In this document: positions 52,081 through 60,793 of the stretch, piece after piece
How the letters are laid out: the number at the start of each line of letters is the position of its first letter
Position numbering within the stretch: position 1 is the first letter of the stretch
Assembly (NCBI GenBank): GCA_022827885.1
Contig: JAJEIP010000066.1
Span: forward strand, 33,847 to 97,846
Length of the DNA: 64,000 bases
Source of the DNA: Candidatus Poribacteria bacterium
GTDB taxonomy: Bacteria > Poribacteria > WGA-4E > WGA-3G
Direction: 5' to 3'
Made by a program: the position numbers and the translations under genes
The notes under the pieces: generated by a model
Databases searched by the model: none
The model's input: only the letters and a program-made list of their open reading frames with translations
Told to the model about the DNA's origin: nothing

Positions 52081-52713
52081 TTATTCTATCCGTTGGAAAA
52101 CACAACGGATGCCGCTACTACGAGCCCAACCGTTGGGTGTTAGTTCCATTGTTCCGTACATCGTCAGGGACAACGTGTCATCTGTCACCGAAACACCGAG
52201 CCAATTATCTGCGGCGGCTTTCATGGAAACGGTATCTTGGTTTTTCAATCTACTTGCGGACATATTCGTTAAGAATTCGTGGAGCGGCAAACCTGTATCC
52301 CGAAAAATGCGTAGGTAGGGAAAGGATTCATCGCCGTAACGCCGTGAACTGATTTTGAAGCTGCCCGTTACCTCTGTGTCTCCGTTCTTACCGCGATATC
52401 GACGGAACACGTTTCGGTCCATAAAGAAATCCAGCGTAAGGTTTTGGCGAACCGTCGCATGAAGTTCAGCCTTTAACGCCGCGATCTCTTCGCTCACGTC
52501 GCCTTCGGCAACCTCCATATCCAGGAATTGCCAGCTGCCAATCAGTTTATCGGTTAAGGCGGTTTCCAATTGCCGCGGGTCGTGTTTTCTGAGAGCATCT
52601 TCATGGGCTGCGCGTAGCCGATCGCGCTCGTTCTGCATCGCTTGGTATTCCACGCTGGTGCACCCTGCGAACACCAATAATATTGTTAAGATGAAGGCAC
52701 TTAATATTTTCAT
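52081..52713 (-). CDS. Lipoprotein, member 2 of the tandem paralog array
   Basis: FAGC; IGSWQF; GTMELTPNGWARSSGIRCVFQRIE. Confidence 0.75.
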   Translation of the reverse strand: MKILSAFILTILLVFAGCTSVEYQAMQNERDRLRAAHEDALRKHDPRQLETALTDKLIGSWQFLDMEVAEGDVSEEIAALKAELHATVRQNLTLDFFMDRNVFRRYRGKNGDTEVTGSFKISSRRYGDESFPYLRIFRDTGLPLHEFLTNMSASRLKNQDTVSMKAAADNWLGVSVTDDTLSLTMYGTMELTPNGWARSSGIRCVFQRIE

Positions 52714-53339
52714 TCCGCACTCCTTTCAAAGTAACACCGCACACCCCCGCTTTGCACCCAGCCGTTAGGACTTAATTGCATCTCGCCGTGCATTGTGAGA
52801 TATAACCTGTCCTCCCTAACGGAAATACTGATCTCTTTCGCTGTGTCAAGTCCTTGAGCACTTGACAAACCGAGCGGTTTCCCATCGGAACTTGCTGCGA
52901 AGAGGAGTTGTGAAATCTCTGGACCTGCGCGTCTGATAAACCGGATGAAGGGGAAGGGTTCGTCGCCGTATCGCACAGTGATGACAGTGAATTGGCCCGA
53001 TACCTCCGTGTTACCGTTTTTACCACGGTAATTGTATATACCTTTCTCCTCGAAGAATTCAAGGGTGAGGTTCTTCAGGTCAAGCGCATAGAGAGCGGCT
53101 TTGGTTTCGGCGACTTCTTGGCTAACACTGCTTTCCTTGATCTCAAGGTTCAGGAATTTCCACTTCCCGAGGAGTGTGTCGGTTACGTCGGTTTTGAGTT
53201 TCAGTTCATTGTGTTCCTCGCGAAGGTCTTCGTAATTCTTGAGCAACTGATCGCGTTCTGCTTGCATTTTTTGGTACTCGACACTTGTACAACCTACGAG
53301 CATCAGAGCGCAGATACCAAAGATAATCCAAGTTTTCAT
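52710..53339 (-). CDS. Lipoprotein, member 1 of the tandem paralog array
   Basis: LVGC; LGKWKF; GEMQLSPNGWVQSGGVRCYFERSAE. Confidence 0.75.
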   Translation of the reverse strand: MKTWIIFGICALMLVGCTSVEYQKMQAERDQLLKNYEDLREEHNELKLKTDVTDTLLGKWKFLNLEIKESSVSQEVAETKAALYALDLKNLTLEFFEEKGIYNYRGKNGNTEVSGQFTVITVRYGDEPFPFIRFIRRAGPEISQLLFAASSDGKPLGLSSAQGLDTAKEISISVREDRLYLTMHGEMQLSPNGWVQSGGVRCYFERSAE

Positions 53340-53447
53340 CGGTGCCTCTCCTTGTGATAGACGTGCGTATACAGGGTAGCGTTTCCTGCTGTATTATATC
53401 AGAGCAACCTATAAATGGCAAATCGTGCGTTGTTCTAATCTTTACCC

Positions 53448-55880
53448 TCAAAATTCGAGCGTCAATCCAAAATAAATGATCCGCGGGAGTTGCGGGGCAT
53501 CAAAGACTTCCCGTTCAATGCCGACCTCCTGACCTTGGACATCAAGGGTTGCCTCCTCAAAAATGAACTGTATCGTATTTTTGCGGTTGTATACATTCAG
53601 AATATCAAGAAATCCACCCACACGCACTCCCCAGAGTCTCCATTTGTAACTCACCCGAAAGTCCAACTTATGATACGGTGCGAGTTCAGTGCTTAATTGT
53701 TCGTCAGCACTCGCCAAAAGCGGGTTCAATCCGCGCGTTACGGGGTCCTGGATGAGCACAATGGAACTGATAGGTGCTTCCGAGGTGCCGCTGAGATACT
53801 GCCATTTCGCACCCACCTCAAAATTCGGTGTGAAGTTATAGTTAGCAACCACACTGACGATATGCGTGTTATCGAAAAGGTAGGGTTGGTAAGCAGTGTC
53901 TGGATTCTCGCGTCGCTCCGCGTGTGTATAAGCATACGAAATCCAACCGAAGAACTTATCTGGGATCCGATGCCGTAAGAATACCTCTGCACCCCCGACG
54001 TATGCCGTCCCCTGATTGAGATAGTTCGCGACTTCATCGGGTGTTACCAGTTTCTGTGCGTCCTTATAGTAGGTAGCAAGTTTCAGTTCGGTCTGCGATG
54101 AGAGTTCGTGTTCCAATTCCATGATATAATGCCGTGTGAGACTTGATGCCAAGGCACGATTGCCATCTTCTGCCAACAGTTGAGAGGGTTGTGGACTCTG
54201 TTCGTAATGTCCATACGCGAAGCGGAGATTAGACCTGTTTGGCAGTATGAAACTCACACTGCCGCGGGGTTGAATGGAAACCTGCTGTGTCACATTCAGG
54301 TAGTCAACTCGAACACCGAGGGCTACAGACAGAAACGAAAGCGGGTCGTAGCGTCCTTGGAAGTACCCTTCGGCACGGTAAAAATCGTGCCCAAATTCGT
54401 CGTGTATCTCTTCCACACCCGTTAGCTGTGTTTCCGGTCCAATCCGTGTTTCCTCTCCGATGACCTCCCCATCTTCAATAATTGGGGTAACCCTTGTTAC
54501 ATCTTCATCACTTGTTTCGTATTCTGGGAACCTACCATCTTCAAAACTGTTAGCGGGGCTAAAGGAGAGGAGAAAACCCGGTTGAAATTGAAATTTCGGT
54601 GTGAACCGATAGGATACATCCTCACGGAGCGTATAGACCGGCACGTTAATCTTTACATCGTAGTGGCCATAGTCAGCGGAATCGAGTACCCACTCGCCTT
54701 CGGGGTTCTGAGAGACTTCTTCATTGAACGGAGCTTCAAATATGATTGTGAGAAAATTGAAAGAACGGGTCAGGGACAGATGTGAGGTAAGATTTTCGGT
54801 GAAGTCTGAACGGAGATGAACACCTTGTCCATTGAAACCATTTTGGAAAAGGACAGAAGCGAGTCCACCTTCGACCGTCTGAACTCCTGTTTCGTCTTCA
54901 ATGGTAAATTCACTGCTCTCTTCGACAATTTTAAAATGATCGGTTGCAGCGAAAGCGTTGAGTGTGAGGCGATGTTTTTCACCGAGCGGATAGGCAAATT
55001 TAAGCTGATAATCCGAAAAATAGGGAAACTGCTGTTTCTGTCCAGTTTGTTCTTCAAGAATCGGACCAGCGATGAGGTCTAAGTAACTCCGCCGCCCAGA
55101 GGCAGAGATATATCCCTTATCACCAATTTTGGCTTCGAGTAACCCTTCAGAATAAAGGATATTTAAATTGAATTTCCCGCCCCACGACTTTTCGATGCGA
55201 TCGCGAGCATAGATGTCAAGCACAGCTTGTGAATCCAGTCCGAATTCGGCACCGTAACCCCCGGCGTAGATGTCGATTGTCTCAATGGTCTCTGAACTGA
55301 TGGTTGACAACAAACCGCCCCAGTGAAACGGATAACCAAGCGGAGTCCTATCGAGATAATAAAGGTTCGAGCCCGGTTCACTCCCACGAATGTAAAGTGC
55401 CCCGAAGTAATCGTTTGGGATGCCGATACTCGGAAGTGTCGTCAATCCCTTAAGGGCATCGTTGGCGGTCCCCGGAATCCGTAGGAGTTCACTCCCACGG
55501 ATTTCTGTGCGACTTACCGTCGGTGGAAGGCGTTTTCCCTCTACCACGACTGCTTCAAGTTTAAAGACTGCTCCGAGGTGTATTTTGACTTCAGTGGTAT
55601 CGCCGCTACTGATGTCCACCGACACTTTTGTGGGCGCGGCTTCTATAGGATGTGTTACAACAAAGGTATAGGCGCCTGCAGGCAGTTCTGTGAATCGGAA
55701 GACCCCGTTTTCATCGGTTTTTTGGTGCTGGTCGGTTTCGAGAATATGAACATCAGCGTCTACGAGGGATTTCCCTGTGCTTCGCTGATAAACGGTTCCT
55801 TGAATATCGCCTGTTTCGGCTATAACAGAGAGTGGCAGGGCGGTGAACACAAGCATAACTATGACGAATCTCAACTTCAT
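53448..55880 (-). CDS. TonB-dependent receptor with N-terminal carboxypeptidase-regulatory-like domain
   Basis: Signal peptide, GDIQGTV..TDENGVF, plug (IPGT..D...LPSI, YIRGS, GGYGAEFG), beta-barrel ending NVYNRKN...YFGLTLEF. Confidence 0.9.
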   Translation of the reverse strand: MKLRFVIVMLVFTALPLSVIAETGDIQGTVYQRSTGKSLVDADVHILETDQHQKTDENGVFRFTELPAGAYTFVVTHPIEAAPTKVSVDISSGDTTEVKIHLGAVFKLEAVVVEGKRLPPTVSRTEIRGSELLRIPGTANDALKGLTTLPSIGIPNDYFGALYIRGSEPGSNLYYLDRTPLGYPFHWGGLLSTISSETIETIDIYAGGYGAEFGLDSQAVLDIYARDRIEKSWGGKFNLNILYSEGLLEAKIGDKGYISASGRRSYLDLIAGPILEEQTGQKQQFPYFSDYQLKFAYPLGEKHRLTLNAFAATDHFKIVEESSEFTIEDETGVQTVEGGLASVLFQNGFNGQGVHLRSDFTENLTSHLSLTRSFNFLTIIFEAPFNEEVSQNPEGEWVLDSADYGHYDVKINVPVYTLREDVSYRFTPKFQFQPGFLLSFSPANSFEDGRFPEYETSDEDVTRVTPIIEDGEVIGEETRIGPETQLTGVEEIHDEFGHDFYRAEGYFQGRYDPLSFLSVALGVRVDYLNVTQQVSIQPRGSVSFILPNRSNLRFAYGHYEQSPQPSQLLAEDGNRALASSLTRHYIMELEHELSSQTELKLATYYKDAQKLVTPDEVANYLNQGTAYVGGAEVFLRHRIPDKFFGWISYAYTHAERRENPDTAYQPYLFDNTHIVSVVANYNFTPNFEVGAKWQYLSGTSEAPISSIVLIQDPVTRGLNPLLASADEQLSTELAPYHKLDFRVSYKWRLWGVRVGGFLDILNVYNRKNTIQFIFEEATLDVQGQEVGIEREVFDAPQLPRIIYFGLTLEF

Positions 55881-56102
55881 TTAGTCGTTTTGACCTCCAC
55901 TGAAGGCACTGACACCGCGTGAATTCAGTATAAACACGGCATAATGCTACAGGGACACTTTGGGTTGGCTAAGAAACCACTTTGTGCTAACGCCTCTTTA
56001 GCAAATTCGGGTTAGCACAATTATTCAACGTTCAATTCAGTTTTTCAGTTTACCTAAAATAGCGACTTGTGCTAATTAAGTCAGACAAAGCCCGATCCGG
56101 AT

Positions 56103-58175
56103 TTAGTCCCTCTTAACTGTTTCCAAAGCGTCCATTAAAAATATGTGGTATCCTTTTTCATTTATATGGAATTCATTCGATGTTCGGTAAGGTAAATGAC
56201 CTATCAACTCCAACTGGGGCGATAGGATAAAAGAATGTACCGAATGATCCGGGTTGTGTGTGATAGTCTTTTCATAGGCTTCGGTGACCCGTGTCGCTAA
56301 TTTGCTTGCCCAATCACCCTTTTCCCCATTCTGAAGTTCCGGTAGATCTCTTAGGAGCAGGAACACACTGACATAGTGTTTATTGAGCAACTTGATGATC
56401 TTAGAATCAGAGAGGACAACTGCCCTCAAGGTTTTACCGGTCCCTCAGCAAGATTCATCGTCAAAAGCCCCCCATGTTAGAACGACATGAATTGGACGTT
56501 TTTTAGTTTGTGCTTGTGTAACAACATCTTCAATAGGGTACCTCTCAATTTCTGAAAACTTGTAGAAGGCAGCCTCTAACAAATCCTTCGCTTCTTTTTC
56601 AGTGATGGCAGTCTCCCAAACAATATCATGCTGATCCTCTGGGTTCTGCCCGACAAGTTCCATGCGCGGAACGAAAACTATATCTGCCAAGCCATAGGCG
56701 TTAATGTCAACATTGGTATTGCGAGGTGGAAGATAGAGCCAAAATTCGCGGATCGTGCCATCTTTCCGGTTGAGTATGAGTCGTCCAGTAAATTGTGCTG
56801 GCGTAAAGTAAGCACCAGCCTCTCTATCCAGTAGGAATTCGGCGTGGATTCTGAAGACGATTTCGGCATAAGTTGGCGAGACTGCACGTAGGCACGCATA
56901 GGCACCTTCTGACTCAAATCTACCTGAACGAAACAGTGTCAGTCCAAAAAATTCCAGGACAAACTCTGTGCCCGGATTGTTATGCATCTCCGCAGTCGCT
57001 CCGGGATGGAATTGGCGAAGGAACGGTATAATGTTTTTAACATCAAGTTTCCATAGATGTCCTACGGTGAAACTTTCCTTCGGAAAAAAAACTCTGAAAG
57101 CGTCTGTCCCATATTCTTGGCTCGAATGAACCGGTGAAAGATTATTAAAAAGGGCAGCGTGCTTGGGCGAGTTAAGTGCAGCATCAGCAATCGGGGCCCA
57201 ATATGCATCCACCTGTGTTGTCTTGTTTCTATTTGAGGAATTCCCTGGGGTGTCGGATGTTGAGACTTTCTCAGAAATCTGCGGATCCGCATTGCCCTTT
57301 TCATCCTCGGACGCAGGCTTTCCAATCTGATTTCGGATCGAGGGTTTGGAATCCATATTATGGATGATAAGTGCATCCACAAGTTCAATTGTAGGTTGAG
57401 ATACTGATTCAAAACTATAGGGTCTCTGAAAGCGAACAAGATACCGATTGCTCGTACCTAACAAGAGTATCACCAAAAGCGTAAACGCACCAACAGCAAT
57501 CCATGGAAGCAAGGGTTTCGTAGCCGTTGGCGGTATGGGGTCAATATCGGTGACTTGCCGCATAATGTTCTTTATTAGATTTTCTGATAACTGAACCCCA
57601 CCAAGAGTTTCCTGAATCAAAAGTTCTTGATCTGATCGCAGACGCTTTCGCGCACGCTGGAGCCGGCTGGCAATTGTATTCGCCGATACCCCTAAGAAGT
57701 TACCTATCTCCTTGAGAGTCATTTCACCGAGATAGTAAAGCGTCACAACAGTGCGTTCGCTCTCTGGTAGTGTTTCAAGCAGTTTTTCAACGAGTTCGTA
57801 CTGACGTTCGGTGGCTTCTGCCTCGCGCTGTTCGGAGATGTAACGTTCATAATCTGACTTTTCTGTTTCTTTCACGGATGTCTCCTCCAACGATTGAACT
57901 GTTGATTTCCGTTTGCGCATCCAAGCAATGCAGTGCCGATTAGCGATAACATAGAGCCACCCAGCAAATTGATCAGGATTTTTGAGCGTCGAGAGTTTTT
58001 TATACACCTGAAGGAAGGTGTCTTGTGTAATCTCCTCAGCATCGTGAAAATCACCAATCTTCCGCCACGCGAGAGCATGAACACTTTTTTGGTACTTTCG
58101 GATTAAGCGGCTAAACGCAGCCTCATCGCCGGACAATATTTCGTGAATCAACTGGGCATCGTCTTCTCTTTCCAT
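56103..58175 (-). CDS. Putative selenoprotein: ECF sigma factor - TM helix - selenoprotein N (SELENON)-like domain; in-frame UGA at 56445-56447 read as Sec (690 aa)
   Basis: Sigma region 2 (DAEEITQDTFLQVY..FAGWLYVIA) and region 4 (LPESERTVVTLYYLGEMTLKEIG..LGVS.NTIASRLQRAR); TM LLPWIAVGAFTLLVILLLG; DNA reads GAT GAA TCT TGC TGA GGG ACC GGT AAA ACC TTG AGG GCA, in frame into ORF 56103..56429; AGGAGG RBS before ATG 58175. Confidence 0.85.
56412..56427 (-). promoter_or_regulatory. Candidate bacterial SECIS hairpin
   Basis: mRNA GAGGGCA-GU-UGUCCUC stem-loop starting 17 nt after the in-frame UGA, with G at the apex. Confidence 0.6.
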
Positions 58176-58219
58176 GAGGTACCCTCCTAATCTAATGAAC
58201 AAATGATAGCGTTATAATG

Positions 58220-58252
58220 TTAAAGACGCGATTTTATGTCAGAAAATGTGCA
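58220..58252 (-). promoter_or_regulatory. Candidate ECF-type promoter TGCACA-N19-GTCTTTAA upstream of the ECF-SelN gene
   Basis: Same motif and spacing at 62498-62530 and 63879-63911 (+ strand). Confidence 0.55.
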
Positions 58253-58341
58253 TTCTGAAGAAAAAAATGAAAATGTATAATGATGCATCGTTACAATACA
58301 GTTTTTCAGTTTGCCTAAAATTTATTTATCTGTCCGGACGC

Positions 58342-58380
58342 AAAAAAAGCCAAGCACATGGACCTCCACATGCTTGGCTT
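58342..58380 (-). terminator. Rho-independent terminator after the NHL gene
   Basis: AAGCCAAGCA...TGCTTGGCTT stem followed by a T-run on the minus strand. Confidence 0.7.
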
Positions 58381-58407
58381 CTCTGTGTTTCAGTATTTGT
58401 CCAAATA

Positions 58408-59421
58408 TTATTCCTGATGCAACGTAACCGACCGACGCGGTGGGCTGAATTCCTGCTCTGACAACGGCACTGCCATATTCCGATAAACCTGAACCCGGTA
58501 GGATCCAAAGTCCGGCACAAACATCAACCCATCATCGCTGACAGCGACCGATTTCGGTTGACGCAGGTATTTCTGCGGTTCCAAGTCCGCCATATCTCGC
58601 ATCCGATTTGGACTGGCGTTCGTCATCATATAAGCCTGTGACACTTTTGACAAGGTAGCATCACCGAGGAATTTCTGCACATACCGCCCTTCAGCGTTGA
58701 AGAGTTGGATACGGTCATTCCCTCGGTCAGCGACATAGATATCACCGTATAAGTCAACGTCAATCCCGGCGGGACGGTTGAGTTCACCGTTGCCGCTGCC
58801 GGATTTGCCGAATTCAAAGAGAAACTCCCCGTCGGCATTGAACTTTTGAACCCTATCGTTTCGCCAATCCGAAACGTAGACATCGCCGAGTTCGTCTACA
58901 GCGACACCCCACGGCATATTGAATTCACCTTCACCGTCGCCGTGACTCCCCCACCCTAAGAGGAACTTACCGTCTTTCGTGAACTTCTGCACCCGATGGC
59001 TCAGACTGTCAGCGACATAGAGATTCCCCTCTGGGTCAAAGTCTATACCCGCGGGACCATTGAGTTGCCCCGACTCCGTGCCGTGTTCTCCCCATGTGCC
59101 GATGTGTTCACCTTCACTGTTAAAGGCGACAATCCGGTGCAGGTATTCATCGGACACATAGAGGTTTTCTTCGCTGTCCGGGGTAATCGTCACGGGCCAC
59201 GTGAATTGACCGTCACCCTGTCCATAACCGCCCATCGTACCGAGGTCTTCGTCCTCAACGGTATATTTCCGAATCATCGCAGTGCCATCACTACGACACA
59301 TGATATACAAACGTCCCTCTTTTCCGATTGCAATATCGACCGGAAAATTGGTCGTTCGCCGCATGCTCAGCGTCTTGTGAAATGGATACCCGACACGCAG
59401 CAAACCGTAAGGTCTACCCAT
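58408..59421 (-). CDS. NHL repeat beta-propeller protein
   Basis: Repeated WGxxGxxxGQ/EF/LNxPxGxxxD.xGxxYVxDxxNxRVQKF units. Confidence 0.9.
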   Translation of the reverse strand: MGRPYGLLRVGYPFHKTLSMRRTTNFPVDIAIGKEGRLYIMCRSDGTAMIRKYTVEDEDLGTMGGYGQGDGQFTWPVTITPDSEENLYVSDEYLHRIVAFNSEGEHIGTWGEHGTESGQLNGPAGIDFDPEGNLYVADSLSHRVQKFTKDGKFLLGWGSHGDGEGEFNMPWGVAVDELGDVYVSDWRNDRVQKFNADGEFLFEFGKSGSGNGELNRPAGIDVDLYGDIYVADRGNDRIQLFNAEGRYVQKFLGDATLSKVSQAYMMTNASPNRMRDMADLEPQKYLRQPKSVAVSDDGLMFVPDFGSYRVQVYRNMAVPLSEQEFSPPRRSVTLHQE

Positions 59422-59628
59422 GATTACCTCCTGTCTTTCTAACGATTGCTTCTGGACGCTGTGTCCGTTGTCCTTGCGGTTTTCGTCTAAATTCACTATT
59501 AATGGTGCTAACAGCACCCTATTGGTTTCCTTCTACGGACATCTTCAAAAACAACGTTTTTGAAGCTCAGATTTAATCGTTAAAAAATTATTCCTGAGTC
59601 ATTAGAATAGCACGTTTCAGTTTGCAAG

Positions 59629-60771
59629 CTACACTGAAAACGGATGAATCTGTTCAAAATTGCCACCGACGATGTGCGTCGGGTCTACACCCATCCACTG
59701 CTCTAAGAGCGTTCCGTATATGCCTCGGAAGTCGATGGTATGTTCAAGGTCTTCGCCGTGTACCCAACGGGACGGATCCAGAGACGGATATTCTGAGTAG
59801 AGTCCACCCTTCACCCGATCCCCGATGATGAACGCACCACCACCCGTGCCGTGGTCGGTGCCACTGGCGTTGTCTCGGATACGTCTGCCGAATTCCGTGA
59901 AGACGTACATGACGATCTCTTCGGAGGCGTTTTGTGCCCGTAGATCCGTGAAGAACGCTTGGATGGCTTCCGTGAGTTCTGTCAGCAGTCGAGGGTGCGT
60001 CGGGACCTCGTTGGCGTGGTTGTCATAACCGCCGTGCTGCGTGTAGAAAACACGTGTGCCGAGATTGGCGAGGTGAACCCGTGCGACATCCCGCAGGCTC
60101 TTAGCAATCGAGCTTTGTGGATATTCCACTTCGGACGTATACAGCGCCGGTGCCTTTTTGAGCTCATCGGCACCTTTAATCACATCTAACCCGGTTTGGC
60201 TGAGGTAGTCCATCACAATACCCGTGCCAACCGTGCTGCTGTACATCCCTTTGAATATCTCAAGTGCTTTCGTCCGTTGACTTTCATCGCCAATGCTGGT
60301 CATCAATCCGTAGTTATCCAAATCACCAACAGAGGTGACGGGGATACCGGAGAGTGCACAGGCGCGCGGAAGTCCTTGTCCGAAACTGACACCCGTTAAG
60401 ACGTTATGACTCTGTGGATCGAGTTCTCGAACGAGTCTACCGACCCAACCTTCATCACCAATTTTCAGCGGTTCACAGGTATGCCAGATATCCATCGCTC
60501 GGAAATGCGAGCGGTTGGAATCCGGGTATCCTATTCCCTGCACAACAGCGACATCACCAGCATCGAACATCGCTTTCAGCGGTCCAGCCTGCGGATGCCA
60601 GCCCAACTTGTCATCTACCTCTGACGGTAAAACATTTTCCGATTTGATACCGACAACCGGACGGGAATCGTGATAAATCCCGCTTGTGTACGGAATGAGT
60701 GTATTCATGAAGTCGTTGCCGCCGCTGAGTTGGACAACGACAAGGACTGGAGCTTTCTTAGTCGTACTCAT
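59629..60771 (-). CDS. DUF1501 domain protein
   Basis: LVVVQLSGGND, GYPDSNRSHFRAMDIW, GGYDNH, TEFGRR, GTDHG. Confidence 0.9.
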   Translation of the reverse strand: MSTTKKAPVLVVVQLSGGNDFMNTLIPYTSGIYHDSRPVVGIKSENVLPSEVDDKLGWHPQAGPLKAMFDAGDVAVVQGIGYPDSNRSHFRAMDIWHTCEPLKIGDEGWVGRLVRELDPQSHNVLTGVSFGQGLPRACALSGIPVTSVGDLDNYGLMTSIGDESQRTKALEIFKGMYSSTVGTGIVMDYLSQTGLDVIKGADELKKAPALYTSEVEYPQSSIAKSLRDVARVHLANLGTRVFYTQHGGYDNHANEVPTHPRLLTELTEAIQAFFTDLRAQNASEEIVMYVFTEFGRRIRDNASGTDHGTGGGAFIIGDRVKGGLYSEYPSLDPSRWVHGEDLEHTIDFRGIYGTLLEQWMGVDPTHIVGGNFEQIHPFSV

Positions 60772-60793
60772 GTCAATCTCTCCTAACAAAAAG

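Noticed and set aside
56012-56075. CIRCE (HrcA) element
   Set aside because: Half-sites are TTAGCACAA/TTGTGCTAA separated by far more than 9 nt, not TTAGCACTC-N9-GAGTGCTAA, and no chaperone genes are nearby
56103-56429. Independent 108-aa hypothetical gene, with the upstream ORF as a truncated ECF or pseudogene
   Set aside because: Same frame as the upstream ORF, weak TTG start, and the SELENON-like motif spans the UGA; better explained as read-through
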